A stretch of 64,000 nt of DNA from Antedon mediterranea (taxonomy: Eukaryota; Animalia; Echinodermata), in contig NC_092673.1 of the NCBI RefSeq assembly GCF_964355755.1, forward strand, positions 32,237,648 through 32,301,647, in the 5' to 3' direction. The first letter of the stretch is position 1. The number at the start of each line of letters is the position of its first letter. Below are positions 38,143 through 50,900 of the stretch, piece by piece. Under the pieces are notes generated by a model. The model was not told the DNA's origin. It made no database searches and saw only the letters and a list, made by a program, of their open reading frames with translations. Made by a program: the position numbers and the translations under genes.

Positions 38143-38759
38143 AAAGTCATGAGTCATACGTCCACAATTTGCTTTTGCAGTGTCCTTAAAGACAATACTG
38201 AATAGTAAGATAGGAAGATAATCTCATAGTATCGTTGTCACTTAAATAGCGCCGGATATTTACGGAAGTTACATTCTATCACCAAGGTACGCGGAGCCAA
38301 AAGGGAGTTGCACTACTCAACGTCGGTACAAGGTTTCGTAGAGATCATACTAAGGTACCTTTACTTTCAAAACAGTAACCAGTTTTGCATACAATTTTAT
38401 ACATCGTTTTTATAGTTTTCCGGCTTAAAAAATCTTTGATTTTTCTCAAGAGAGCGAAAGTTGATTAAGTTAGATCCACGGGCGTGCGTTTTTATTTTGC
38501 TGTTTTGTTGTTTTTTTCATCCATGGTTTAAATTTATATCCTGAATTCATTACGGTAGGTATATGTATTGTTATATTTTTTATACACGTGGATTCACTTT
38601 TGTTTTTTTTATAGGATAGGCTTACTTTTGAGTGTACTTGAGTTGAGGTGCAAATGATCATAAAAGCTTATTGTACAAATTGAATGGCTTGGAAGTGGGA
38701 CTATGATCGAGCGTAGTATTTATTTAGGTGTTGAAATTGTTACTCTGAGATATTAATTA

Positions 38760-38903
38760 AGCTCTGTCTACAAACTTTATGTGACAACAAAATGTGATGT
38801 GCCCATAGACACGATGAAATTATGTCACTACCATATTTGGGCATATCACTACCATATTTGGGCACATCACACTTTTTGTCAAACTAGTTTGATAGTGCAG
38901 ACA
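38760..38903. mobile_element. Harbinger-like MITE family A
   Basis: agctctgtcta..tcactaccatatttgggc..tttgatagtgcagac. Confidence 0.75.
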
Positions 38904-40526
38904 TACATTCAGTAGTAGGTCTACGTATAGGGCATATACGAGTTTTTTTTTCTCCATTATGTGCATATAGTTTGAGAAACGTCAAAGTTCCCATAATTAG
39001 CTGTAATTAATAGGCCTAGGCCTATAGACATCTATAGGCCTATGTGCATGAAATACTAACAATATTTGATGTGTATTTTCTGTTTTATTATGTTGAGTGA
39101 TATGAATAATAAACTTTTGGTAAACCTTCCTTGCAAGCTTAAGTATCCGTACGCATACCGAGATGTCTAGAAATCACTTTTTTATGCACTATACCCGTGT
39201 GAAAACAACACATCTAGGCCTAAGTTAACACATACAACAGGCATGTAATGAAGTAATGTCTGTGGTATGAAATTGGGTTTGTTCAAACGAATGTACTGTA
39301 CAATATTCTGAATTTCCTTTTGGTTTGAAGGTCCCGTCTTGTCAATCAGACCGTACTACCCGAAGTTCAAGCCGACAATTTAAGATGTTATAGGCCTATA
39401 TGTTATAAACTTGTGCTGAGAATCAATGCACTATACGGCACGCTTGGAAAATAAACAAAAAGGTATAACTTTCAATTGTTTACAACTATGATTTTTTTTC
39501 TCTGTATCAGACTTTCATGATATTAGCTTTTAAAATGATTGTGCAGTTTTATTCTTTATGTATCCTTGTCTACTCTCGACCATCAGTGTTAGTGTAACAG
39601 TAATGCGATAGGTAGGCCTAAATCTCTATAATAATACGAACAATCATTGGTAAAAGAAGAAAAGAAAAGAAGAACACCGTGTATAGTTTTTGTATTTGTG
39701 GGCCTATAATGTTCTTTACATTTTCTGAAGGTTTTTACTTTAGCTATTCATCAAATTGCTAAACATTTCTGAAATGTTTTAATTCTTGTTTTTAAATTTA
39801 CATGAGGTATGTTACACTATAAAAGTATCACTATTACCTTACCAGACATAGAGCATTCCTGTAAATTATCTAGGGGTGTTCAAAAGGCGAAAATATGATG
39901 CACGTGATCTTGAACTTTACGTCTGACAAACTAATACAATTTGTCATACAAATTAAATTATTGTCAAATTTACAACTTAACTGCGTTATTGCTGAAGTGT
40001 TTTTTTTTTCCAAGAAAGCAAAATTTGATTTAATTCTAATATAATAAAACGATTACAATTGTCATAAACATGTTTTATTATTATATTTATATTTGGGCCA
40101 GTTAGCAACAATTAACAAGTTGTCTTGATATGAATGGAACAATCGATACTCGGAAATTAGGATTCCAAATGGCCCGGCCTTCAACTCGATTGGGTAAACT
40201 TGGTGTACGAGTTTGGGAAACATAATTTGTTTTTACAACCTGAAGTTTTAAATTGAATAATTATTTTGGATAAGGTGACATTTTAAATTAGTACACATGA
40301 ATCTCGGTGCTGTATCTCCACATATGACAATGACTGCCAGTATCATGGGCAAATTGCGTATTACAGTATCACATGTGATGTGTGTATCATGGAATGTTTG
40401 GTTAGGGTGTTACACACATGTGATGTTGCATCACTGAATTGACCTATGATACTGGATACAGTATCGAGTAGCGGCTAGTTATTATCAAACGAATTTCGGC
40501 AAAACAAATTTGATTGTTTCGTGGTG

Positions 40527-40658
40527 CACTACTACATTATCAAACTTGTTTGACAAAAAAGTGTGATGTGCCCAAATATGGTAGTGCTATGCCCAATATG
40601 GTAGTGATATGACATCATCATGTCCATATATGGATAGTTTGATAGTGTAGACAGAGCT
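40527..40658. mobile_element. Harbinger-like MITE family A
   Basis: gtgatgtgcccaaatatggtagtg..tttgatagtgtagacagagct. Confidence 0.75.
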
Positions 40659-41290
40659 TTAGATTAGTACGTTTGTATTTTGATGAATATAATAGACAGG
40701 CCTATAAATTAAATACCGGAGCATACAAAAAATCCCACCATTGACAAATCATATGTTCACAGTCGGTCGTGTGGTTTATTTTTATTTCCTTCGTGGTTGA
40801 CGGTCTGTGGGAAAATAGTTCCGTAGAGATTCTTGTTTTTTTTTTTCATTCTGCTGTATGAGTGTGGAGCTACTTCGGAGCTACACTTGTTAATTCTCTT
40901 TCATCGTACAATTTTCTTTCAGTTTTCCTTTTAGACACCAATTACGATCAACTTGTGGTGGTGTCGATTGATTTTTGTGTTTGACAAGAGAGTGTCAACC
41001 AAGGTACGACATGTACTGAATTATACAACAAAATACTTTATAAGAACATCAATTTGTTACTAAGTGTATGTCTGTACCACGTATGTAATATGTAATAATG
41101 ATCCCTACTAAAAAATGGTACAGTCTAAGTTATAAACTTTCGTCTTTATTGATGAATTATTTGGTTTCCCATAGGTCGGTTGAAGTATTTACAATTTTTC
41201 AAAGCTGGCTTAGGAAAAGGAAGGAACAGCATTTTTCGTCCCTTTCTTTTGGTGATATCACCAAGGGAGCCAGTAGCAAGAAAAGAGACA

Positions 41291-44200
41291 ATGATGGCAA
41301 GAGGAAAGCTCTCTCTATGCATGTTTATAGGTTTAACCATTCTATCGGTTATGTTATACGAAGTTTGCTCAAGCCCGTTGTTGCCATCAATTTCATCGAA
41401 GGTGAGTAACAGAAAATATAATTATTTTCAATAGAGGTTTAAAAACAAAAAGATTAAATATAGAAAAACAACTTCAAAATACAACTTCGCGTGTCTTCAC
41501 CAGTTGACAACATTTGGGTGTAGTAGAAGTAGTGTGCAAAGATATTTCCATCTATCCGTTTTCTTTTCAAAATTATATAATAATAAATTATATAAGTATG
41601 TGAAAGTGGCGGATTTTTAGGGGAAACTTCGAAAATCGATTACTTTTACAAAAATGTGTTAAATAATTCTGAAAGTTTTTAAAAATTTACTTCATATCTT
41701 TAATATACGTATTATTTATTATACGTATATTTATTTTATTTTATTTATTCATATTTCGTTTGTATCTTCCAAACCACACCCCTACCAGTTTGTGAACTTT
41801 CTGAATCCATGTTCAAACATTTAGCTCTATATTGTAGGCCTACCGCACCTTTTCTACCCCTCTTACGGTACATCAATCATCTAATTCTAAAAATGTTGAG
41901 TGGGGTAGATACATTTTTTATGAAAAATTTATCTTTAAATCGATCTTATCTTTAATCTTTTTTTTATATGTAATTGACTTTTTAAAACTACTGTACAATT
42001 ATGTTGTGGGTGGGGCGCACAGTGCAAAACATCAGTGTTGACGCCCCATGTGCAAACTTTGGAGTTTTGCTAGGAGATTTGAAAGTGATAGGCCTATCAG
42101 GTGTGTCAATTTCGTGGAATTAGTTTATCGTAGTTACATTTTTATTGACGATGCACAGGCAACCTGTTGTTTGAGACGTACCAGGTACCCTTGTTCCTCC
42201 TCTTCAAACCATAACCTAACAAATTTGTACCAGATCCGGTTCTGATAACGTATAATGTTCCCCTTCATGTCATTTTGTATTTTGATTCAACTGGGACCTT
42301 TCAAAGGTGTGTAGAGTGATCCTCAGAGGTCATAAATAGCAGACTGTCAAATTAGGCATGTAATTCATATTTTCAAATTTACACAGATTCTTTGTTTTTC
42401 CCTGAGCCTGCGATGGGAATTGTCTGTAGACTTTGTCGGATCACACAGACTGCAATCTACCCAATGCAATCTCAGATCTTGGGAAGGGTACTTGTTGATG
42501 AATGAGGAAATTAGTCCGTGTGTTAGAAAATATAGAACAACTGTGTCTGTTTATGACGTATTAAAACGACTTGCCATGGATTGTTGCTAATTCGACCGAA
42601 TGGATCTTTGTATAAAAGTGTCATTTTGACTTATCTAGTGGTTTCAAAGGCTTTTGTGCATATACAGTATTTCTTTTGACAACTGTGCATTAATATCGTA
42701 CGATTAATAAAAGCGTTTGTTTCGCTTCGCTTCGGGTTAGACAGATGTTTAAGTGTCTTTGATATAAAATATTATTGTTATGGAATTTACAGTGGCATTT
42801 ATGTAAAAATAAAAGTTTTAGATGTACCTGGTATTCCCATTATATTTACATAATACGCTTTCGTTCGTCTCAGGTAAATTCCAATGTTGTCATTCAATTC
42901 AAAATACACTAAAACCCTTATTAATGGAACATATTTATAGGAGTGTCCCGTTAGACTGCCCACGTATAGGCCTACGGTACGGGGAGGTTGCCCAAACTGC
43001 CTATGGGTTGGCCGTATTGTTTTTCCCTCTCGTTCGGTTCACGATTGTGTCCCCTTAATAGACTGCCCACGTATAGGCCTACGGTACGGGGAAGTTGCCC
43101 AAACTGCCTATGGGTTGGCCGTATTGTTTTTCCCTCTCGTTCGGTTCACGATTGTGTCCCCTTAATAGACTGCCCACGTATAGGCCTACGGTACGGGGAG
43201 GTTGACCGAACTGCCTATGGGTTGGCCGTATTGTTTTTCCCTCTCGTTCGGTTCACGATTGTGTCCCCTTAATAGACTGCCCACGTATAGGCCTACGGTA
43301 CGAGGAGGTTGCCCGAACTGCCTATGGGTTGGCCGTATTGTTTTCCCCTCTCGTTCGGTTCACGATTGTGTCCCCTTAATAGACGAGGTTCCATTTTATG
43401 TTAAGTATCTCTATATTCTACTGTCTTTCTTGGACAAAATTAAAAGCAATTGTTTTCTTTCCATCCTCGCTCCTGAGAACGATCAAAGTATTAACCGAAA
43501 CGTCGAACTCATACATACGTGGTTTACAAACATTTTGATTTCGCCATGCAAACCTTCAAACAATATAAGTGTTTTCTATTCCTGTAATTTAATACGGTAA
43601 TAAAATGTGAATTTTGGTTTTTGCAACCTCTCTCCATGTTGGCCACAGCCTATAATAGACCATAGAGCGCTGATATATTCAATTAAAATATGCAATCTGT
43701 ACGCACTTTCAAAATTTGACCGGAAAGTCCTCTTCCTATTGGCATTCGATGCCGGAAACTTTGTGATATTTATACCTGTCATCTCTGAATGTGTGTTAAT
43801 GGCCAGAACGATAGATAGCCCTGCTTTTAGTGTAAAACCTTGGATAGTGGTCTTCCAGTCACGCCTGCAAAGTTGGAAATAAGTAATCGAATTATGAGAA
43901 GGACTTACGCACACAACAACAACAACAACATTTATTTAGAAACAGTTCAAGAAATAAAAGCAGCATACATTCACAATAACTTTAAATGGTAACATTAAAT
44001 AAGAACTGTTTCTGGGATCGGAAAAAGAAGTAAAAGAACTTGTCAAATATCAACCCCTAAACAAAAACAACAAAAAAGCAACTGCATGACAAATCATTAG
44101 CTACGCCTACATATGGGATCCTCCTCACGTCGTAAAACATTCAGCATTACAACTGGGGAAATTTGGGGGTGTATGAACTATGCTTTCATATTTGGACACA

Positions 44201-44938
44201 AAATAGGAGAGTATGAAAAACATCCCTTTTAAAAATGTTGATACGGTACCGGTTAGAACCCGTAGGATATGAATCTCTGTAGAAAGTATGTCCAGGAATG
44301 GTTCCAGTAATTATAGTGCATAGTATGATTAGACGAAATAATCGTATCTTTAATTTCATAGGTTGAATCCTGGACTGAGTGGGGGACCTGTAGCCAACAA
44401 TGTGGTGGAGGAGTATCGGAACGGCGTCATATTTGTCATGACAACAGGTATGTGTAAAAATATAACAACATGGTTGCTATCTCGTTCATTTTCGTCTGTG
44501 AAATAAATATAAGCCTAATCCGTTTCTCAGTGCTTATATCGTTTACGATAAGCTTTTTCAGTTTCTATAACGTTGTTTTCTGTTTATTAATGTTTGATTA
44601 ATTTTTGTTTATAGTGATTCGCTCATAGAGAAGAAATGCGAAGAAACCGTACAATATAAATTGTGCAATTATCAGGTATTGTTCAAATGTATTCACATAC
44701 AATAGGATCATTTCATAGTAGGCCTACTGTTATTTAAATATGGATGATTACAACAATTCAAGGATTGATTATTTGATATAAAATGGTTCATGTTATTTAT
44801 AAATAAACATTAATAACAATCTACCGTATCATCCATTGATTGTTTTATTTAATTATTCTATAATTATTTATTTATTTTTTTCTCATATATTTATCCTATG
44901 ATTGATTTATTTATTTTATAGAGAATATTGATTGGCTC

Positions 44939-44969
<31 letters not shown>

Positions 44970-47900
44970 AAGCAATATATTTATATATCGATGTATGATA
45001 CCGTACTTATTGATTGATTACCTCCGCCAAGGAGGTTATGTTTTCACCTCTGTATGTTGGTGTGTGTGTGTGTGTTTGTGTGTGTGTCTGTGAACAGCCT
45101 GGAAGCCACAGTTTTTATCCGATTCTAACCAAATTTGGACACAATGATCTATGCCTAAAAAGCTCGGACGAGTTCGAATTTGAGGGTGAAAGGTCATAGG
45201 TCAAGGTCACAACTAACAAAAAACTATTTTACTGCCTAGAGACCACAGTTTTGATCTGATTCTCACCAAACTTAGCCACAATGATCAATGACACATCATA
45301 TAATTGTGGTTAAATTTTGAAGGGTCAGGGTCAAAGATCAAGGTCCACACAAAAAGAAATAAAAAAATAATTAAAAAAAAAAACCCCTCAGTGGGACTTG
45401 AACCAGCGATCTCAACAGTGAGAGGCTGGATAAATAACCATTACACCACACTGTCATCCACAACTTTGTAGTGTGCAGTTAACATATTTACACTTAGAAC
45501 TAATATAAAAAAATGTAAAAAAAAAAAAATATTCAGGGGGCATTTTATGTAGGGGAATTTTACAGTAGGCGGAGGTTTGTACTCTCGGAGTACCCTCTAG
45601 TTTGTCCATATATTTATATATTGATTGATATATTTATTGATTTATCGATTTCTCCATATATTTATATATCGATTGGCTTATTGATTATTATTTATTGATT
45701 TATTCTAAATTTGTATGAACTTAGAAATGTCCAGGTGGTAAAGAAGGTATTGGTTGGCATCAACTATGTTCTCGTTTTAATAATGTGTATTATCATTGGA
45801 GGCCATACAGACCTAGAGTAGGTAAGTAACACACTTAATTATCAAATCACGTTACACCTTAAATAGTCAGCAGTAGATGTTTGTACTATCTGAATTCTTT
45901 ATAATGTTAGAGTTACACTGTTTCTTTATTATATCATTCACAGATGGGGTGAATTCATGTGCGTTACGTTGCTATGCTACGGAGAATATTAAACTTATGG
46001 TACAGTTACCGGACATGCACGATGGAAAATTATGTAGTAACAGAGATATCGAAAGAGGTGTCTGTCAAAATGGAGAGTGTGTTGTAAGTTGACAGACTAA
46101 ACCTATTTGCGTAGAGCGCAGCATGTACTAGGTACTCACTACATATCAAGATTATTACTATGGTGAATTCGAAATTGTGGTAATGACGGAACGCCGATTA
46201 GCTTATTGGCATACGCTGATCGTCGCTTTGAATAATCTATTGCTTGTGGTTGGTCAGACCACTTACGTTGCGTTACGTACTTGTGTCTCTAGTGGGGACC
46301 AAGCTTTACAGTCTAGTCCTATACTCTTTGGTGTCACCGAATTTCAGGGTTATAAACGAAATGAGTGTAACACTGAAAGCAGCAGCCTGTATATAACAAA
46401 GTCAGGTTTATTAATCTTGGTTCCCACTAGGAGGCAAGGACGTAAGCGCAACGTAATGCGTGGTTCCCACTAGAGACACAACATAACGACGTAACGTGAA
46501 GGGATTTGATCAATCACAAGCGATGGATTATTCGAAATGTCGCTTGTCATTGGTCAACTCGCTTGCGTCGCGTCTACGTCCTTACGTTGAGTCCTAGAGG
46601 GTACCAAGCTTAAAGCTTCGTTCCCTCTATAGATGCAGCATAAAGCGTGGTTCCCACTAGCGACGCAACACAAGGACGTAACGCGACGCAAGTGAATTGA
46701 CCAATCACAAGCGATGGCTTATTCGCTTGTGATTGCTAACTGTCTATAACTTCGCTTGTCATTGGTTAAAACGCTTGCGTTGCGTTTACGTCCTTGCGTT
46801 ACGTTCTAGCGTTACGTTCTAGTGGGAACCAAGCTTAAGGACGTAGACGCAACGCAAGCGTTGACCAATACAATGACATGCACCAGTTTCGAATAATCCA
46901 TCGCTTGCGTTGCGCTTACGTCATTTCATTAAGTCCTAGTGGGAACCAAGCTTAAGTTAGCTGACCAATGTTCGGATAATCCAACACTTGTGATTGGTCA
47001 AATAACTTATGTTGCGCTTACGTCATTGCATTAAGTCCTAGTGGGAACCAAGCTTAAGTTAGCTGACCAATATTCGGATAATCCAAAGCTTGTGATTGGT
47101 CAAATTAATTGCGTTGCGCTTGAACCAAAGTGGGAAACAAATTTAAGAAAATTATGACAACCCGATTTTTTGTACTAGTTGATTGCACCATAGAAATATT
47201 ATAGTGAACTATAATATTTCTATGATTGCACTTTGTCAACTTTGGTCTACTGTTGGCATAGTGTACACCTTTGTACACACTAATATTTAAAGCGCTATAA
47301 CTCTTATCTTAGAAGAACATGCTCCTTATCATACCATTCAATTTGATTTAATAATGGTAACCTTATGCGTCATATTCGTAACATGGTATTGGAAGAAAAA
47401 AATGTATTACCTCATGTCTCATCGATTTTTAAGTCTGTAAGAATGTTAAGAAGTATAAAGTGGGACTAAGTAGAGTATCGTGACATTGTAACACTGGGTT
47501 GTGAGTGAATGATAACATGTGAACGTGATGTAAAACCACATTACTCATACATACCAAGGAAGACCTAAACAACATTATAACTGACACTCCTTGTACTCCA
47601 CAAGTGTTCAGATTTAAGAGATCGTTAATTAGGACATTTTTGATGGTTAGAGTACCGAAATTTACGGATCATTTATTAAGAACATTTTTTTTAAGTGTTT
47701 ACTGATAATGGTGAGAGTCCCGGTACGGTGAGAGTACCGAAATTTACAGATCGTGTATTAGAACATTTTTTTTAAGTGTTTACTGATATGGTGAAAGTAT
47801 CCAAAATGTATTTATAGGTTTATTTATTTTCAGAAAGTAGGATGCGATGGTATACTTAACTCGGACAAAGCGGTAGATGTTTGCGGAGTTTGTGGCGGAA

Positions 47901-50900
47901 ATTCGAGTGTGTGCGAATCCGTTGAGGGAGAATTTCAAACCAGTAATCTTAAAGTAGGTAAGATATTAGTATATTTGATTTAAATTCAAAAGTATATTTT
48001 ATATTATTTATTCTTGTATGGCGCTTAGGATCTGTAAACGTGAAGTTGAACAATTTTAAATTAAATGTAACTTTATTTAAAAATGAAAAAGTTTTGATTT
48101 GATTTGATTTATTTTCGTCTCATTAGAAACATACAATGATATAATATAAAAACTATACAATTTCAATTTAAAAGACAAAAAAAGGAGATTCAGGATAGCA
48201 AATGAAAGTCCCGATGTGGGATTTATCTCCAATGGGGTCATCAAGACGTAGAAGAAACACATTTTGAAAAAACAAAAATAGAAAGACAAAAAGTTAACAA
48301 TGCATTAAACATACTTAAAATTACTTGTACATAAGTTTCAAAAAATATTACTTAACCGTTGATTCATTATTACTTAAGTTTTAATATCATTATGTTTTGT
48401 ATCCTTACAAGGTGTGTTCTTTTTTTGAAAAGATAAATTAAATTTTTTCAGGTTACAATAAAGTCGTTGAAATTCCAACAGGAGCGAAAAATATTCAAAT
48501 AGTGGAAAAAAGAGGAAAAAATTATCTTGGTGAGCATCGAATTAAAAACATATCAATATAACTAATTATAAATATATTCCAATAATGTAAATGTCGCTTA
48601 GGAAAGCTGATAACGCCACTCTGGTTCCCGGTGCATTGGGTAATGGTCTGTATTGAATACATTATTATACATTATATTTAGACACAGTGTGATGTGAGGG
48701 AGATAACATATAATTTAATACACCTAGACTTGTATTTCAATGACTTGCGATAGTCAGTTAAGATGTATCTAGTGACAGCTGTAGAATCGAATGGTTTGAA
48801 GTATCTGCATGACAAAAAGTATTGTTGAAACAGTTCCTAGATCATTTTTCCTTACTAGGTAAATAATCAATTTCTCTATGATTCCGTTGTCAGCACTTCA
48901 GAATGGCGTAGGCGACTATTTTTTAAACGGTGGTTGGTTAATAGAACGACCAGGTCAAATTAATATAGCGGGAACGTTGGTCAATTACAGAAGACCACAA
49001 CGAGGGATTTTGGGACGGCTGCATGGAGAATGGGAGACAATAACAGCGCCTGGACCAACAAACACTAGCATCTGCGTAATGGTACTGTACTTTTGTTTAA
49101 ACTTTTTTTAGAGGCTGGTAGTTAAGTCATTCAAAAAAATTTCATTTTTAGAGTTTTGTAAAACTTTAGGAAACTGATTGTTGTGTGTTTTGTCTGTCAG
49201 GTTTTATGTGCAGATACATCTGCCCACATAGCCTACAAGTTTACTTTACCTACCACAAATCAAGAAGCATTTCATGTCGAATCAGTCATTGGAGATGAAA
49301 CATATACTAGGCCAACCGAACGCTCTCCATCAATATTGTCGAAGTTTACAACCACCGTTCAGACGACAGAACCAGGCGAGCTGGTCACTGATTCCAATAA
49401 CAATGGAAGCTTTCGTGATGGTATTAAGTCAGATGATATTTTGAAAGACAAGGCATCATATCTTCAGTACGACTCTCCTACACCAATAAGGCCAACGTCT
49501 GAAATTCCATTTCTTGACGACGTCTTTGAAGATTCACCAGAACACACGACTGAAAGACCCGCCGATCTCATAATTGATATCGAAAGCGATTCAACACAGA
49601 TAGACGAGAATAAGAAGCTTACTTCGAAAAGAAACCATCACCACATACCTTCTACACATGCGCACGAAGATCTGGTTGACGTTGGTCTTGGTGAAATTAA
49701 TGCAACTAAGCATCCACCAGAGAACGTACAAATCGGTACGTCTTTTAATATAGACATCAAATCACCAGATGGTGGTGAAACTGCAACGTCAAGTGAATAT
49801 GAGAGAGGCCCAGAGGTATTCCGTCTGGGCTATGTTTTATATCCACCAGAGGAATCTGATTCAGAGATGTCATCTGAATGGTTTGTGCGAGTTTTTCCAG
49901 ATGCTGTTGAAGACGTTAATGGCGCTGAGGAAACGGTTGTTGAGGACTTCACAGCACCAACTGCTGAGGCTTATGAGAGTAAGACCTTATTCATTGATTA
50001 TCTAATCCATTTAAATAGACATTTATTTAAAGGAACCTTTTTTTTCTTTCTTTCTTTTCATAGACATTCATTATTATACATACATAAATAAGCATAATAC
50101 AAAGACAGAAAAAAAGAATGTAAAAGGGGAATTTACAAAAAATATATATATATATACATAATTAATTGCAGTAGAACATTTCTGGACAAATAGTGTCCAT
50201 TTATAGGGGTTTTCACTTAAAATGATTAGCCGTATCTATATAGGCCTATAATGATTGGCCGTATAGTGTTAAAACGTATATTCCCTCTCGTTTGTTTCAT
50301 GAGAAAAAGTGTCCCCTTAATGGGGGTATCTGTGTCCTCGGAATAAAGATGTCCCCAGAACAAATATGTCCTAAAAGAAGCCTTCTATATTTATTTATTA
50401 TCGCACAGATACCTCTACCGATGTCATGAATGTAAATCCAAATGGAGCCAGGAACACGTGGACTAACCAACAAAATACGTATCATCCAAACAACGGAGGT
50501 ATCCAAAGTACGTACACGTGGACTACTGCTGGTGCTAGTGACTGCTCAGCAACGTGTACACGGGGTAAGGAGACATATATCCATTTCCACATCGCCTAGC
50601 AATTCTACATGGACCTACTTACTTAGGCCTACTTATTTAGTCCGTGACATACCCGAACTTATGACTAGATTCTTCCATAACTTTCTATCTGCCATTGTGA
50701 CAGCCAGTTCATCTCTCTCTCTGCATACCACCATTCAGGGCCGTAGCCAGGATCTGTCATGTCAAGGGGGGGGGGTGAATTTTGTTAAATGACACCCCTA
50801 GATGGCCGGAAAAGACACTCTCGTGCAGCATGCTATATAACCAATGAGCAAAAAGATCGTACTTTTTTCCTCCTCCTCAAACACGTCGATAATTTAAATG

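Noticed and set aside
39511-39611. Extra coding exon for ADAMTSL2
   Set aside because: Has splice-like boundaries but stops in all three frames; could only be UTR
42822-43914. Chain of ORFs on both strands
   Set aside because: The first three come from the 107-bp repeat; the others have no recognisable motif and lie in ADAMTSL2 intron 1
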